This document shows positions 33,784 to 45,633 of a DNA stretch of 64,000 nt, piece by piece. Under the pieces are notes generated by a model that was not told the origin of the DNA, did not search any database, and saw only the letters and a program-made list of their open reading frames with translations. Source of the stretch: Macrostomum hystrix. Its lineage: Eukaryota; Animalia; Platyhelminthes. The position numbers and the translations under genes are program-made. The stretch covers positions 1,736,001 through 1,800,000 of the forward strand of contig CATNEN010000041.1 of the NCBI GenBank assembly GCA_950097015.1. The letters run 5' to 3'. How positions within the stretch are numbered: the first letter of the stretch is position 1; the number at the start of each line of letters is the position of its first letter.

Positions 33784-36700
33784 ATGCCCAACATCAAGCT
33801 GCAGTCCAGCGACAATGAGACATTCGATGTGGAGCTTGAGATCGCCAAGCAGTCAGCCACAATCAAGACCATGCTGGAGGACATGTCCGTCTCAGACGAG
33901 ACTGATGAGCCTGTCCCGCTGCCCAATGTAAATGCCGCCATCCTCAAGAAGGTGATCGCCTGGTGCACCTACCACAAGGACGACCCGCCTCCGGCTGAAG
34001 AGGATGAGTACAAGGAGCGGCGCACTGACGATATCCCAACCTGGGATCAGGAGTTTCTCAAGGTCGGTTCCTTATCCACCCCGCACCTGAGTGTGAATTT
34101 GATAGCTTTGCATCCGAGTGGGATTTTGATCTTTGTGTTTGAGTAGCAGTAGCATTACCTTGAGTGGGATCTCTCTAGCATTACCTTGAGTGGGATCTCA
34201 GTAGCATTATCCTTGAGTGGGATCTCAGTAGGATTATCCTTAAGTGGGATCTCACTAGCATTACCCTTGAGTGGGATCTCACTAGCATTACCTTGAGTGG
34301 GATCTCACTAGCATTACCTTGAGTGGGATCTCACTAGCATTACCATTGAGTGGGATCTCACTAGCATTACCTTGAGTGGGATCTCACTAGCATTACCATT
34401 GAGTGGGATCTCACTAGCATTACCTTGAGTGGGATCTCACTAGCATTACCCTTGAGTGGGATCTCACTAGCATTACCCTTGAGTGGGATCTCACTAGCAT
34501 TACCTTGAGTGGGATCTCACAGCATTACCCTTGAGTGGGATCTCACTAGCATTACCCTTGAGTGGGATCTCACAGCATTACCCTTGAGTGGGATCTCACA
34601 GCATTACCCTTGAGTGGGATCTCACTTGTCTTTACTTCGAGTGAATTAAGAAGCGAAGCGAGTTGAAGTCATGCAATTAATTGAATCTTCGCAGCAAGAG
34701 CCCGTTCATACGGCCAAACCTCAAACGAGACAGAGAGCGCAATGGGGGAAGGAGGGGGGTGCAGCGATAAAGAAAAGAGAGACACAATCAGAGCAAGTAC
34801 AAACAAGTCGCGTAACCAAAAGTCGCTACACTCCCCCAAATGACAAAGACTTTGTCATTTCGAGCTCGAACTAAGCATGAATCAATTGAACAAGGGCAAC
34901 GCAACAAAAAAACGACAATTTTGAGAGACTGAAAGGGACACAAGTACGAGCATTGACGAAAAATAAATGTTTCCTCCACGAAGATTAAGCAATGACCTAC
35001 GATTTTACGAGTAGATAAATTAGTTGGCCAAAAATTAACAAAACTGACAACGACCTAGCCGACAGAAATTATATTGAAATTTACCTTACAAGTACGTTCA
35101 CGAGTCACGAGTCCCTCATTAACATATTGAATGATGATATGATAATTTGCAACCGAGTTGTGACGCAAAAAAATAAATGACTGAATGATAACTACCGGGT
35201 ACAAATGAGGGTCAGGGAAGCAAAAAAGGGTAAGTGAATGAGAACAGATGGAAACGCGATAACAAGAGTCGAGAACAAAAAATGAGCAAAAATTATCAAG
35301 GTAGCTGATCTCGCACCAATGAACAGAACAGAAAGATTTAGAGAAACAGAGATCCGAGACGGAGACGGATTAGATGCACAATTCAAGAGGAATGAGAGCT
35401 TGGACAGGCCGTCTGATGCGCTCAGCCCCCCGAGAGCCCCTTTCCTTCGCCAGACGTACAACTGCGGAACGAACGGCACCATCTCGACCCTCACGGACAG
35501 ACTCTACCACACCCATCTTCCATTGCAGTCTTGGCTGATGCGGCTCTCCCTGAACCAAAACGACGTCTCCGGGTTTTGCAACTGGTCCTCCTCCATGCGA
35601 CTTGAGCGCTTTCTCACGCAGGGCGGTGACATATGACGTTTTCCATACATCCCAAAAAACATTCAACGCTCTTCTGAGATGTTTGAGTCGAGCTGGCAAT
35701 GGCAGGACGTTGGCGATACGGTTCGACGAGAGAGTTGGCTCCTGAGTCAACCGAGTTCCGAAGAGAAAGTGCGCAGGCGTCAATACGTCGTTGATCTCAT
35801 CCGCCGACACATACATAAGTGGTCGACTGTTCACCACAGATTCCATTTCGATAACCGAAGTTGATAGCTCATCGAATGTTAGCAGAGCTTTGCCAATGCT
35901 CTTTTTCAATCCATCCTTAACGATTCCAACGAGTCTTTCCCAAAATCCGCCCCACCACGGGGCCTTCTCCGGAATGAACTCCCAAGAGATTTTCTTGTTG
36001 GCACAGAATGATTGAACTTCATAGCTGGTGCTAGCTCCAAGAATATTCGCGGCAGCCTTGAACGTCTTGGCATTGTCACTGATGATGGAAGGTATTCCGC
36101 GACGACTGACAAAACGACGTAATCCATTCAAGAACTGCGATGCGGTCATGTCAGGAAGCAGTTCCAGATGCACTGCGCGAGTCGATGAGCATGTGAGAAG
36201 TAGAATGTACGCCTTCCGAGAGTCACAACCATCCTCCCCCGTCCGATAGAATATCGGACCACAGTAGTCCACGCCGACTGATTGAAAGGGTCGGATGTCG
36301 GAAAGGCGAAACTCAGGTAGCTGAGAGATCTGAGGTACAACGTATGAGCGTCCTTGTACCTTCCTACACACCACACACTTCGATAGTTCTTGCTTAGTTC
36401 GTTGACGTCCCTTCAGAATCCAATATTTTTCACGAACTTTACTAAGCGTTGAGGCAACTCCCCCGTGAGCAACGGACTGATGAGCTTGTCGAATAATGAG
36501 CTGCTCCAAGTGACTGTGGCGAGGTACTAAGATAGGATTATTAACTTCGAAGGACAGTGCGGAAATACGACCTTGTGAACGCAAAAGTCCCTTATCATCT
36601 AACCACAGATTCAAGTTCCTGTTCAGATGTGTTGCAGCAGAGCTACGCCGAATGTGATCGATTTCCTTTGAAAACGATTCCCTTTGAATTGACCTTACCA

Positions 36701-39700
36701 ATAGGACTTCTGCATCAGTCAACTCTTCGGCGGTCACCGTCCTTGATCTATTGACTAACGATTGAGCTCGAGCACTCCGTAGGTTGCGGACAAATCTTTG
36801 TACCCATGCTAGGACGCGTAAAACTCTCGAATAGTTCGAAAACTTGCCGATGTCAATGATTAAAGAGATACGATCGACGTTCTTAGATTCCATGGGCTGT
36901 TCAGCGACTGTTGATAGTGCTTCTGCAGAGTTATGATCTTCCGCGACTGCGCTCGAATGCTTATCTTCAGACGAAACTGGGTAGATGCCTGATCGAAGAA
37001 ATTCGGGACCACTAAACCACACCTTGTTTTTCTGTAGCTGCCCTGGAAGACAGCCTCGAGATGGCAGGTCGGCGGGGTTCAGTTCCCCGGGAACATGTCG
37101 CCACTCGGACGTTGACGTGAGAGTCCGGATCTCCTTAACGCGGTTTTGAACGAAAACTTGGCGAAGCTTGTCGGTGTTGGTGATCCACTGCAGAGTTGTC
37201 TTGCTGTCTGTCCAGAGATAACGCGTCATGCTGGGAAATTGCAAAGACACCGTGCGTATTAGACGAGCTAAGATTAGGGCTCCCAGCAGTTCTAGTCTAG
37301 CGATGCTAAGATTTGATAGCGGTGCCACGCGCGTTTTGGCCTGAATTAAATGCGTTGAAACGTTGTCTGTTTCCGACCGGGCCTGAATGTAGACACAGGC
37401 AGCGTAAGCAGATTCGCTTGCATCACAGAATCCATGTAATTCCATTCGAACTGGCTCCGAATCGAGATCGGCGAAAAGGTAGCGAGGAACTTCGAAGCGT
37501 GAGCTCGACAACGACTGTAACCAACGGTTCCAACTCTCGGCGATATCTGGCGGAAGTTCGTCGTCCCAACCCGACTTGCGAACACACAGTTTCTGTAGCA
37601 TCACCTTGACAACAGTCAAAGAGGGTGACAAGATTCCTAACGGATCGTACACAGACGCAAGTACTCCTAGCATCGACCTCTTGGTTGAAGAGGATCCGTT
37701 GACGTGGGTAACTAGTTCAGAAAACTGCATGACGAATGTGTCCCTGACCGAGTCCCAGTGGAGTCCAAGCACTTTTTCTGTATGACCAACATCCTGATCG
37801 GGTAGCGAGCTGTTGAACGAATCTGAGTTGGATTTCCACTGTCGCATATTCATGCCAGCCAGGTTGAAGATATTTTTTGCATCGTTGTAGAGATTGAATG
37901 CGTCACTTAGAGATTTACAGCTTGTCACTAAATTGTCGACGTACAAGTCTTTGCGAATAATCTCAGCGGCGAGTGGAAAATTATTCTTCTGGCTATCAAT
38001 GTGTTGAAGGACCGTAGCTCTCAAGACCCCAGGAGAGCACGTAAGACCGAACGGCAATCTACAGAAGCGATAGTGAAAAACCTTGTCCGACTCACTCGGG
38101 TTAGTCCACAGAAATCTCAGATAGTCTCTGTCCTCACTATCGATGGCAATCTGCAAGAAGGCTTTTTCTATGTCACCTATGATGGCGATCGGATGTTTGC
38201 GAAATCTCATCAGAATTTCTGGGATCAGAGGTACATCAGTCGGACCAGCTTGAAGAAGATCATTGATTGAGAAGTCGCCTGTTCGAAGTCTGGCAGATCC
38301 ATCAAACACAATACGTATCTTTGTGTGCTCACTGTCTGACTTTATGACGTGGTGATGAGGCATATAATGACAAGTGTTCTTGCCAAGATCTTTCTCGGGC
38401 ACCTTCTCGATTATGCCAGAAGCTTCCTGTTCCGAAATGATTCCGCTATACTTTGTCAGAGTCTCTGGATCCTTCCTCAGAGCACGAGTTGTGGACGACA
38501 GTCTACTGTACGCCATGTCGAAGTGATCATCCAACGGCACTGAGCCTTCCGGGTATTTCCATGGTAGACTGACGCTGTACCGACCGTTCTCGAGCCTTGG
38601 ATTACAGATAAACGAACCCTCCGTGGAATCATCCTTTTGCTCACTGATCCCTAGTGCTTCAAGTCGCCAGAATGAAGAGAGGTTACACTTCGACGAGTCA
38701 GTTGTGACAAAGGCATCATCAGGAGTAGCGCAGCACAAGGTCTGAGCCGTACTACAATCAGCTGAATCTTCGGAAACGATGGGCTCATCATTGGCTGACC
38801 CCTCGATCGCTAGAGGACCACAGAGAAGGAAACCTAGCTTAGAGGAAATGGCGACTGGTCCTGAGGTGCCACGAATCACGTTGTCGCCTACAATTTGGAA
38901 GTATTGATCTGAGCCTACGAGGATCGAGATTGGAGTACTGATGTCACGTGGGTCATATGGATCCGCTAGGTCTACATCACGAAGGTGTTGAAACGAATTG
39001 ACGATAACTGAAGTCTGAGGCTGACAGATCTGCTTTACGACATTAGCTTCCAGTCTGATGATCTCCATGGAGTCAACCTTGCGAATGTGGAATTTCACTC
39101 TTGAAGAGTTCACCGTCGTAGCGATTCCAGAAAAGGCAGAGACTTTCAAACTTTCCTCAGCAAACCGTTCAAACTGGAGCAAGTCGCATACGTCTTCTCG
39201 AATATACGACCGATTGCTTGCGGTATCCAGCAGAACCCTCACCAGCAGTTCTCGACGTCCGTCAGGAGCAATCAGAATTGCCTTTGCAACTGGAAGAGCG
39301 ACAGCGGGGTTACGATTGATGAACATGGAGAGAGCAAAGTTTCCTTCCGTTGAAACCACAGATTCAGGTTCACTCTGTGCCGCGTTCGTACTCCCAGTCT
39401 GCACCTGCCGAATGACGTCCTTCTTCGCATTGGCAAAGGTCTTGTTCTGGACCGCGCCACTCTTGACTGTCGAATCGATACTCTTTGCTTTCATTTTGAA
39501 ACCCGACCCCTGTCCATCTGACAGACCACAATTGCAGATGCTGACATGGTGAGCGCCTGAACAGTTTCTGCATCGCCGGGAATCATGACACGTCCTTGAT
39601 GAATGACCTGACCTGAGGCACCGAAAGCAACGCTGCTCCTTCTTCAGAAATTCGATTCGAGCATCCACAGAGACCAACTTCGAACACTTCTCAGATGTAT

Positions 39701-42623
39701 GGTCCGAGCCACAGTACGTACAAAAGATCTTCATGACAGCTTGTCGATCATTTCGTGACTGCACGGTTAACGTTGAAAGCGAAGACTTAGGTTGAAGGCA
39801 ATGTCGACTGGCTTCTGAGTTGCTCGATTTCTTACCGCCCACTGCTGCGTTCTCTCGAACTTGAATTTCCGTCTGTAGAAACTCCAGCAGAACAGCCATG
39901 TTGTTGATTTCTTTCTTCGACAGGCTCGCGCACTTCATTAGGTCGAGACGAAATTCATTTGGACACTTACGAAGCAGATTAGGCAACAGCAATGCCTCAT
40001 AAGCCGACGACATTACTCCCTGAACTTCCAAGCTTCGAACGGCAGCAGCTATGTCATCGTGAAACGAACGTAAGCCTGCTAATGACACCTCTGATAGGTG
40101 AATATCTGACAGTTGGTTCATTAGACTTCGAATTACCAGATCTGATTTACCAAAGCGTTGATGTAGAAGATCGATAGCTACCTTGTAATTAGCTGAAGTA
40201 ACACTTAGTCCACGAATGCAGGACTTGGCTGATTCAGAGAGCGAATCCAAGAGGTAATTAAACTTGTCGATGTCCGATAGCTGATTATTCGAATCGATTG
40301 ACGAGGAGAACTGATCCCAATACGTTTGCCATGACGTCACCGTGCCGTCAAATGTAGGGATATGACGTTTCGGCAGTTTGACCTGAGGTCCAGATGTTAC
40401 AGACTTAGTCGCATTTGATAATGATTTCTCTAACAATCTGACGTACTTCCGACACCTGAATGCATACTCATCAGCTTCTTCTTGTTCACGACTCAGCTTT
40501 TCCTCTTCCATCTGACTCTGAATGTCCAGGTCCAATTCCTCCATCAATCCCAGTTTCTGCTTCAGAGTATCAATGCATGCTTCCGCTTCAGCGTTTATTT
40601 TGTCATCACGTCCACTTCCAGCTGACAGCCACTTCTCTGCTCGATTTATGGTCTTTGTCACAACGGACCGAATGGCCGCTCTCTTTCTGATGGCTTCATC
40701 CATTGACCACCTTGGCGAAAGTGCGTCTGGCTAAGATCGGAACCCCAAGGAGAAGAGCGCAACGGATGCCGCAAGCGGATACAGCAAGACCTTGAAGTGG
40801 TGAAGAAAAAAAGGCAGAGAAAGACTCAAAGGACAGAGAAAGCAACAGAAGAATTTTAGCTTTGAGATGCGTGAAGAACAAAATAACAATAAGAGAAAAA
40901 ACACACGTTTGAGTTGCAAGATAACGAGAAAACACGTAAAAATAAAGCCAGCGAGTACAGATGATAAATATAGGATTGCGATCAGTAAAATCTATTATTA
41001 CTTATCTCGACAGTTCAATTAATTGATGAGACAGTCACGAAATAGGGAGACAGACACCAGCCGGTATGCGAGGGAGCGAGCGAGGCCGGCAGGCGTGAGC
41101 CAGTAGACGGAAGAGCGAACGAAGCCGGCAGGCAGGTGAAGAAGCGAGCGAGGCCGGCAGCAGACGAAGAGGCGAGCGAGACCGGCAGCATACAAAGAGG
41201 TGAGCGAGACCGCCGGCAACTTCGACCGAATCGATGAGAATACGACTGACGACTTACTTTTCTAGAGGGCTTATTTTCGTTCGGGCGCCATGTCTTTACT
41301 TCGAGTGAATTAAGAAGCGAAGCGAGTTGAAGTCATGCAATTAATTGAATCTTCGCAGCAAGAGCCCGTTCATACGGCCAAACCTCAAACGAGACAGAGA
41401 GCGCAATGGGGGAAGGAGGGGGGTGCAGCGATAAAGAAAAGAGAGACACAATCAGAGCAAGTACAAACAAGTCGCGTAACCAAAAGTCGCTACATCACTA
41501 GCATTACCATTGAGTGGGATCTCACAGCATTACCCTTGAGTGGGATCTCACTAGCATTACCATTGAGTGGGATTTCACTAGCATTACCATTGAGTGGGAT
41601 TTCACTAGCATTACCCTTATGTGGGATCTCACTAGCATTACCCTTGAGTGGGATCTCACTAGCATTACCATTGAGTGGGATCTCACAGCATTACCCTTGA
41701 GTGGGATCTCACTAGCATTACCCTTGAGTGGGATTTCACTAGCATTACCATTGAGTGGGATCTCACTAGCATTACCATTGAGTGGGATTTCACTAGCATT
41801 ACCATTGAGTGGGATCTCACTAGCATTACCATTGAGTGGGATCTCACTAGCATTACCCTTGAGTGGGATCTCACTAGCATTACCATTGAGTGGGATCTCA
41901 CAGCATTACCCTTGAGTGGGATCTCACTAGCATTACCATTGAGTGGGATTTCACTAGCATTACCCTTGAGTGGGATCTCACTAGCATTACCCTTGAGTGG
42001 GATCTCACTAGCATTACCATTGAGTGGGATCTCACTAGCATTACCCTTGAGTGGGATCTCACTAGCATTACCCTTGAGTGGGATCTCACTAGCATTACCA
42101 TTGAGTGGGATCTCACTAGCATTACCCTTGAGTGGGATCTCACTAGCATTACCCTTGAGTGGGATCTCACTAGCATTACCCTTGAGTGGGATCTCACTAG
42201 CATTACCCTTGAGTGGGATCTCACTAGCATTACCATTGAGTGGGATCTCACTAGCATTACCCTTGAGTGGGATCTCACTAGCATTACCCTTGAGTGGGAT
42301 CTCACTAGCATTACCATTGAGTGGGATCTCACTAGCATTACCCTTGAGTGGGATCTCACTAGCATTACCCTTGAGTGGGATCTTCCTAAACCCTACCTGG
42401 CACACGGTCGCAGGTGGACCAGGGCACGCTGTTCGAGCTGATCCTGGCCGCGAACTACTTGGACATCAAGGGGCTGCTGGACGTGGCCTGCAAGACGGTG
42501 GCGAACATGATCAAGGGCAAGAGCCCGGAGGAGATCCGCAAGACCTTCAACATCAGGTGCGACTTTACGCCCGAGGAGCTGGAGCGGGTGCGCAAGGAGA
42601 ACGAGTGGTGCGAAGAGAAGTGA
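33784..42623 (+). CDS. SKP1: S-phase kinase-associated protein 1, 2 exons, 162 aa
   Basis: Exon 33784-34062 ([10 protein letters not shown]...WDQEFLK|gt) and exon 42414-42623 (ag|[24 protein letters not shown]...EWCEEK*), phase 0. The intron is 8351 nt. Confidence 0.97.
34627..41494 (-). mobile_element. Intact BEL/Pao LTR retrotransposon
   Basis: LTRs 34627-34830 and 41291-41494 (204 bp, no differences seen). TSD TCACT at 34622-34626 and 41495-41499. Minus-strand PBS TGGCGCCCGAAC (tRNA-Lys type) ending at 41290; PPT GGGGGAG at 34831-34837. Confidence 0.97.
35370..40703 (-). CDS. BEL/Pao Gag-Pol polyprotein, 1777 aa, uninterrupted
   Basis: [12 protein letters not shown] (Gag), three Cys/His knuckles, LLDTAS protease, [15 protein letters not shown] Pao RNase H, integrase ISDNAKTF...[11 protein letters not shown]-terminal [11 protein letters not shown]. 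Confidence 0.97.
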   Translation of the reverse strand: MDEAIRKRAAIRSVVTKTINRAEKWLSAGSGRDDKINAEAEACIDTLKQKLGLMEELDLDIQSQMEEEKLSREQEEADEYAFRCRKYVRLLEKSLSNATKSVTSGPQVKLPKRHIPTFDGTVTSWQTYWDQFSSSIDSNNQLSDIDKFNYLLDSLSESAKSCIRGLSVTSANYKVAIDLLHQRFGKSDLVIRSLMNQLSDIHLSEVSLAGLRSFHDDIAAAVRSLEVQGVMSSAYEALLLPNLLRKCPNEFRLDLMKCASLSKKEINNMAVLLEFLQTEIQVRENAAVGGKKSSNSEASRHCLQPKSSLSTLTVQSRNDRQAVMKIFCTYCGSDHTSEKCSKLVSVDARIEFLKKEQRCFRCLRSGHSSRTCHDSRRCRNCSGAHHVSICNCGLSDGQGSGFKMKAKSIDSTVKSGAVQNKTFANAKKDVIRQVQTGSTNAAQSEPESVVSTEGNFALSMFINRNPAVALPVAKAILIAPDGRRELLVRVLLDTASNRSYIREDVCDLLQFERFAEESLKVSAFSGIATTVNSSRVKFHIRKVDSMEIIRLEANVVKQICQPQTSVIVNSFQHLRDVDLADPYDPRDISTPISILVGSDQYFQIVGDNVIRGTSGPVAISSKLGFLLCGPLAIEGSANDEPIVSEDSADCSTAQTLCCATPDDAFVTTDSSKCNLSSFWRLEALGISEQKDDSTEGSFICNPRLENGRYSVSLPWKYPEGSVPLDDHFDMAYSRLSSTTRALRKDPETLTKYSGIISEQEASGIIEKVPEKDLGKNTCHYMPHHHVIKSDSEHTKIRIVFDGSARLRTGDFSINDLLQAGPTDVPLIPEILMRFRKHPIAIIGDIEKAFLQIAIDSEDRDYLRFLWTNPSESDKVFHYRFCRLPFGLTCSPGVLRATVLQHIDSQKNNFPLAAEIIRKDLYVDNLVTSCKSLSDAFNLYNDAKNIFNLAGMNMRQWKSNSDSFNSSLPDQDVGHTEKVLGLHWDSVRDTFVMQFSELVTHVNGSSSTKRSMLGVLASVYDPLGILSPSLTVVKVMLQKLCVRKSGWDDELPPDIAESWNRWLQSLSSSRFEVPRYLFADLDSEPVRMELHGFCDASESAYAACVYIQARSETDNVSTHLIQAKTRVAPLSNLSIARLELLGALILARLIRTVSLQFPSMTRYLWTDSKTTLQWITNTDKLRQVFVQNRVKEIRTLTSTSEWRHVPGELNPADLPSRGCLPGQLQKNKVWFSGPEFLRSGIYPVSSEDKHSSAVAEDHNSAEALSTVAEQPMESKNVDRISLIIDIGKFSNYSRVLRVLAWVQRFVRNLRSARAQSLVNRSRTVTAEELTDAEVLLVRSIQRESFSKEIDHIRRSSAATHLNRNLNLWLDDKGLLRSQGRISALSFEVNNPILVPRHSHLEQLIIRQAHQSVAHGGVASTLSKVREKYWILKGRQRTKQELSKCVVCRKVQGRSYVVPQISQLPEFRLSDIRPFQSVGVDYCGPIFYRTGEDGCDSRKAYILLLTCSSTRAVHLELLPDMTASQFLNGLRRFVSRRGIPSIISDNAKTFKAAANILGASTSYEVQSFCANKKISWEFIPEKAPWWGGFWERLVGIVKDGLKKSIGKALLTFDELSTSVIEMESVVNSRPLMYVSADEINDVLTPAHFLFGTRLTQEPTLSSNRIANVLPLPARLKHLRRALNVFWDVWKTSYVTALREKALKSHGGGPVAKPGDVVLVQGEPHQPRLQWKMGVVESVREGRDGAVRSAVVRLAKERGSRGAERIRRPVQALIPLELCI

Positions 42624-43374
42624 CCGCTGCTGCCTGCCTGCCAGCGCATTCTGACCTGCCTCTGTGTGTACAAACCCCGTTGCTTATCCAGATTTGTAGC
42701 TGCCATTTTCAAGCCTTAGTGTGTATTCGACTGACTCTTCTCACACCTGCGAATCCGCAAGCTTGCGATGCGCACCCCACTCGTTCTAGATCCCCACTCA
42801 GAAGTTCTACTCCCTAAAGTATACAACGTTGCCCAAGCTAAAATGCCAATCCCTAAATTGTGTTATTATCCCCATACTGAAATCCCGCTTGCTAAAGTGT
42901 GCAATGCTCCCCAAGCTAAAATCCCATGCAATGATCCCACACTGAAATCCCACTCCCTCGAGTATGCAATAATCCCCAAGCTAGAATCCCAAACCCCAAA
43001 TGTGCTATGGTCGCCCCACTGAAGTCCCAGTTTCTAAAGTGTGCAATGATCCCATGCTATCTCCTATCTCCCAAAGCTCTACCGAGTTGTCACTGCATGT
43101 ATCTCTACCTATGCTTTCCTTATGAAGGAGATTACTTACAGGGGCCTAGCTCCAGCTTCCTAGATGTTTTATTGTTAATTTTCGCTGCTTTCTCTGATTG
43201 ATCGGAGCTGCAAAAATACATGCTCAGTCTTGGGGGCCGGTTCTTAATCTGCCTAGCTTTTAGACCCGATGTGTGCGAGTAAATTTGCAAACCTGGCTTC
43301 ATCGCTTTCAGTCTATTTCACAGGATGAGTGTTGACTATTGTGCAGAAACTCACAACAATGTCACACCTACAAC

Positions 43375-43645
43375 CTACCCACCTGTGACCCACACCCAAT
43401 CCACAGCCTAATCATCTGTGACCCACACCCAATCCACACCCTAATCATCTGTGACCCACTCCCGATCCACAGCCTAATCACCTGTCTGTGACCCACACCC
43501 AATCCACACCCTAATCATCTGTGACCCACACCCAATCCACACCCTAATCATCTGTGACCCACTCCCGATCCAGAGCCTACCCACCTGTGACCCACACCCA
43601 ATCGACAGCCTGATCACCTCTGACCCACACCCAATCCATAGCCTT
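43375..43645. repeat. 33-bp degenerate tandem repeat
   Basis: Unit tgtgacccacacccaatccacaccctaatcatc. Confidence 0.85.
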
Positions 43646-44152
43646 ATCTTGAAACATGAAGTAGCAGACACTACTCACAACTCAAGTTGGCCAGTAGTAG
43701 TTGGCAGGTCTGCAGAAGGTCGAACTGTAGCGAATATGAAAATCGTATTAACACGTAACTGGACCAGAAGAGCTTAGTAAAGAGAGTAGTTAGCATGTTT
43801 ATTTTTTACATTGAGTCGAGTTGTCGCTAATAATGATTTCTTGAGTATAAACTGCAGGTGCGCTACACATACTGCTAAAAAATTCGATGAGCCCAGATTA
43901 GGAAATCCCAGACAGCTTTGGGCGTTTATAACAAACTCGGACCAGTTTGCAGGTGAGGGCGGTGTGCAGTCTTTGGCTAATTTTCACCCCCTAATTGGCA
44001 AACTCGCCCAAACGGGGCTATGGGATAAGTCGGATGCTGGTGTGGGGCCAATAGGGAGTACAGGAGAAGGCGTGGGTCACTGTCAACGTGTTATTCGGTT
44101 CGCGCTTTATCAGTCAGCACCGAAGCGTCCCCAGCTGAAATCAGCGAATAAG

Positions 44153-44833
44153 CTAGCTGTCTCCCATCGCCCGGCCGCTGCCGCTGCTGCTGCTGAACCG
44201 CCGCTTGGAGGGCACCACCGTGACGGCCAGGCGGCTGTTGTGGATGACGTAGTCGGACACAGAGCCCAGGAAGGCCCGCCGAACGTCGCCGAAGCCGCGG
44301 GTGCCCATGACTATCATCTGGCAGTTGGTGCGCCAGGCGATGTCAACCAGAGCTTCGCCCGGCTTCTTGCTGGGCTCCACGATAAAGTCCATCTGGTGAG
44401 CGGAGGACACGGGTGTACAACTGCACAGGAGACACGCCATCCCATTCCGAATCTAAATCCCATATCCCACACGTCTTGAGTCCAAGATTGAAACTCGCTC
44501 TCCCTGGAGATTCGACCTCTCCAGCAGCGTCTATGGCCAGGCACGCACCTTCATCTTGTTCTGCGCCGCACGGTAGTGCACCTCCTCCTCGAGCGCGGTG
44601 GCCTTCTTGCTGCTCTCCATAATGATGTTCTTCCAGTCTTCAGTTGGCACATTGAAGCCGCTCTTCAGCGAGAAGGAGGGCAGCGATGGCGGCTCCACGA
44701 TGTGGGCGATGATTAGCTGGTCGCCGTCCTTGCGGATGTTCTCCATGTAGAAGCGGTAGGCCTCCTCTGCATGGTTGGACCCGTCCAGAGGGATCATGAT
44801 CTTGCGGCCGCCGCCTGCTGCCAGAGTTGCCAT
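44153..44833 (-). CDS. Universal stress protein (UspA domain), 2 exons, 174 aa
   Basis: Exons 44833-44549 and 44392-44153, GT-AG phase 0. Motifs RKIMIPLDGSNHAEEA and IVMGTRGFGDVRRAFLGSVSDYVIHN. Confidence 0.93.
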
Positions 44834-44927
44834 GGCTACTGCAAGGTGCATTGTGAGAGTTGTGCGATGAATAATTTGAGCTCATGCTCAACAAGAAGGT
44901 AAAAGTGAACTTTCAATTTAATGGGGA

Positions 44928-45300
44928 GCCAGCTTCCCAACTCATCTTGGAAACTGCAGGAAAACACTAACAGAATCGCAGCCAGCTTCCCAACTCATCT
45001 TGGATACTGCAGGAAAACACTAACAGAATCGCAGCCAGCTTCCCAACTCATCTTGGATACTGCAGGAAAACACTAACAGAATCGCAGCCAGCTTCCCAAC
45101 TCATCTTGGAAACTGCAGGAAAACACTAACAGAATCGCAGCCAGCTTCCCAACTCATCTTGGAAACTGCAGGAAAACACTAACAGAATCGCAGCCAGCTT
45201 CCCAACTCATCTTGGAAACTGCAGGAAAACACTAACAGAATCGCAGCCAGCTTCCCAACTCATCTTGGAAACTGCAGGAAAACACTAACAGAAGGCAGCC
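44928..45300. repeat. 53-bp tandem repeat, about 7 copies
   Basis: Unit cagccagcttcccaactcatcttggaaactgcaggaaaacactaacagaatcg. Confidence 0.93.
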
Positions 45301-45596
45301 AAATATTTTCGCTGCGAACTCGGAGAAGCTGCGATGCACAACTCACGTGACCCACCTGGCTTGAAAGACAGAGAAAAACAATGAGCGACTGGGTTCGGTG
45401 CTGGGTCTCTGGAGAGCAGCAGGGGGGTGTGTTGCGAACCTGCTGCTGCTGCTGCGAACAATGTGCGGACTCCGCCTCACAGGCTGTGGGCAGCGAGTTA
45501 AACTGCATGAATGCCGAGATTAATGACCCTCTGTCTGAACTCCGCCGCCCCCGGCTCCCAGCCCTCACTATCGAGCTTTGGCTAACAATGGCAACA

Positions 45597-45633
<37 letters not shown>

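Larger units (their letters stand above)
34148..42383. repeat. 26/27-bp tandem array in the SKP1 intron, split by BEL/Pao into 34148-34626 and 41495-42383
   Basis: Unit tagcattacccttgagtgggatctcac. Confidence 0.95.

Noticed and set aside
41514-42441. ORFs up to 380 aa ([18 protein letters not shown])
   Set aside because: These are read-through of the 27-bp array in the SKP1 intron.
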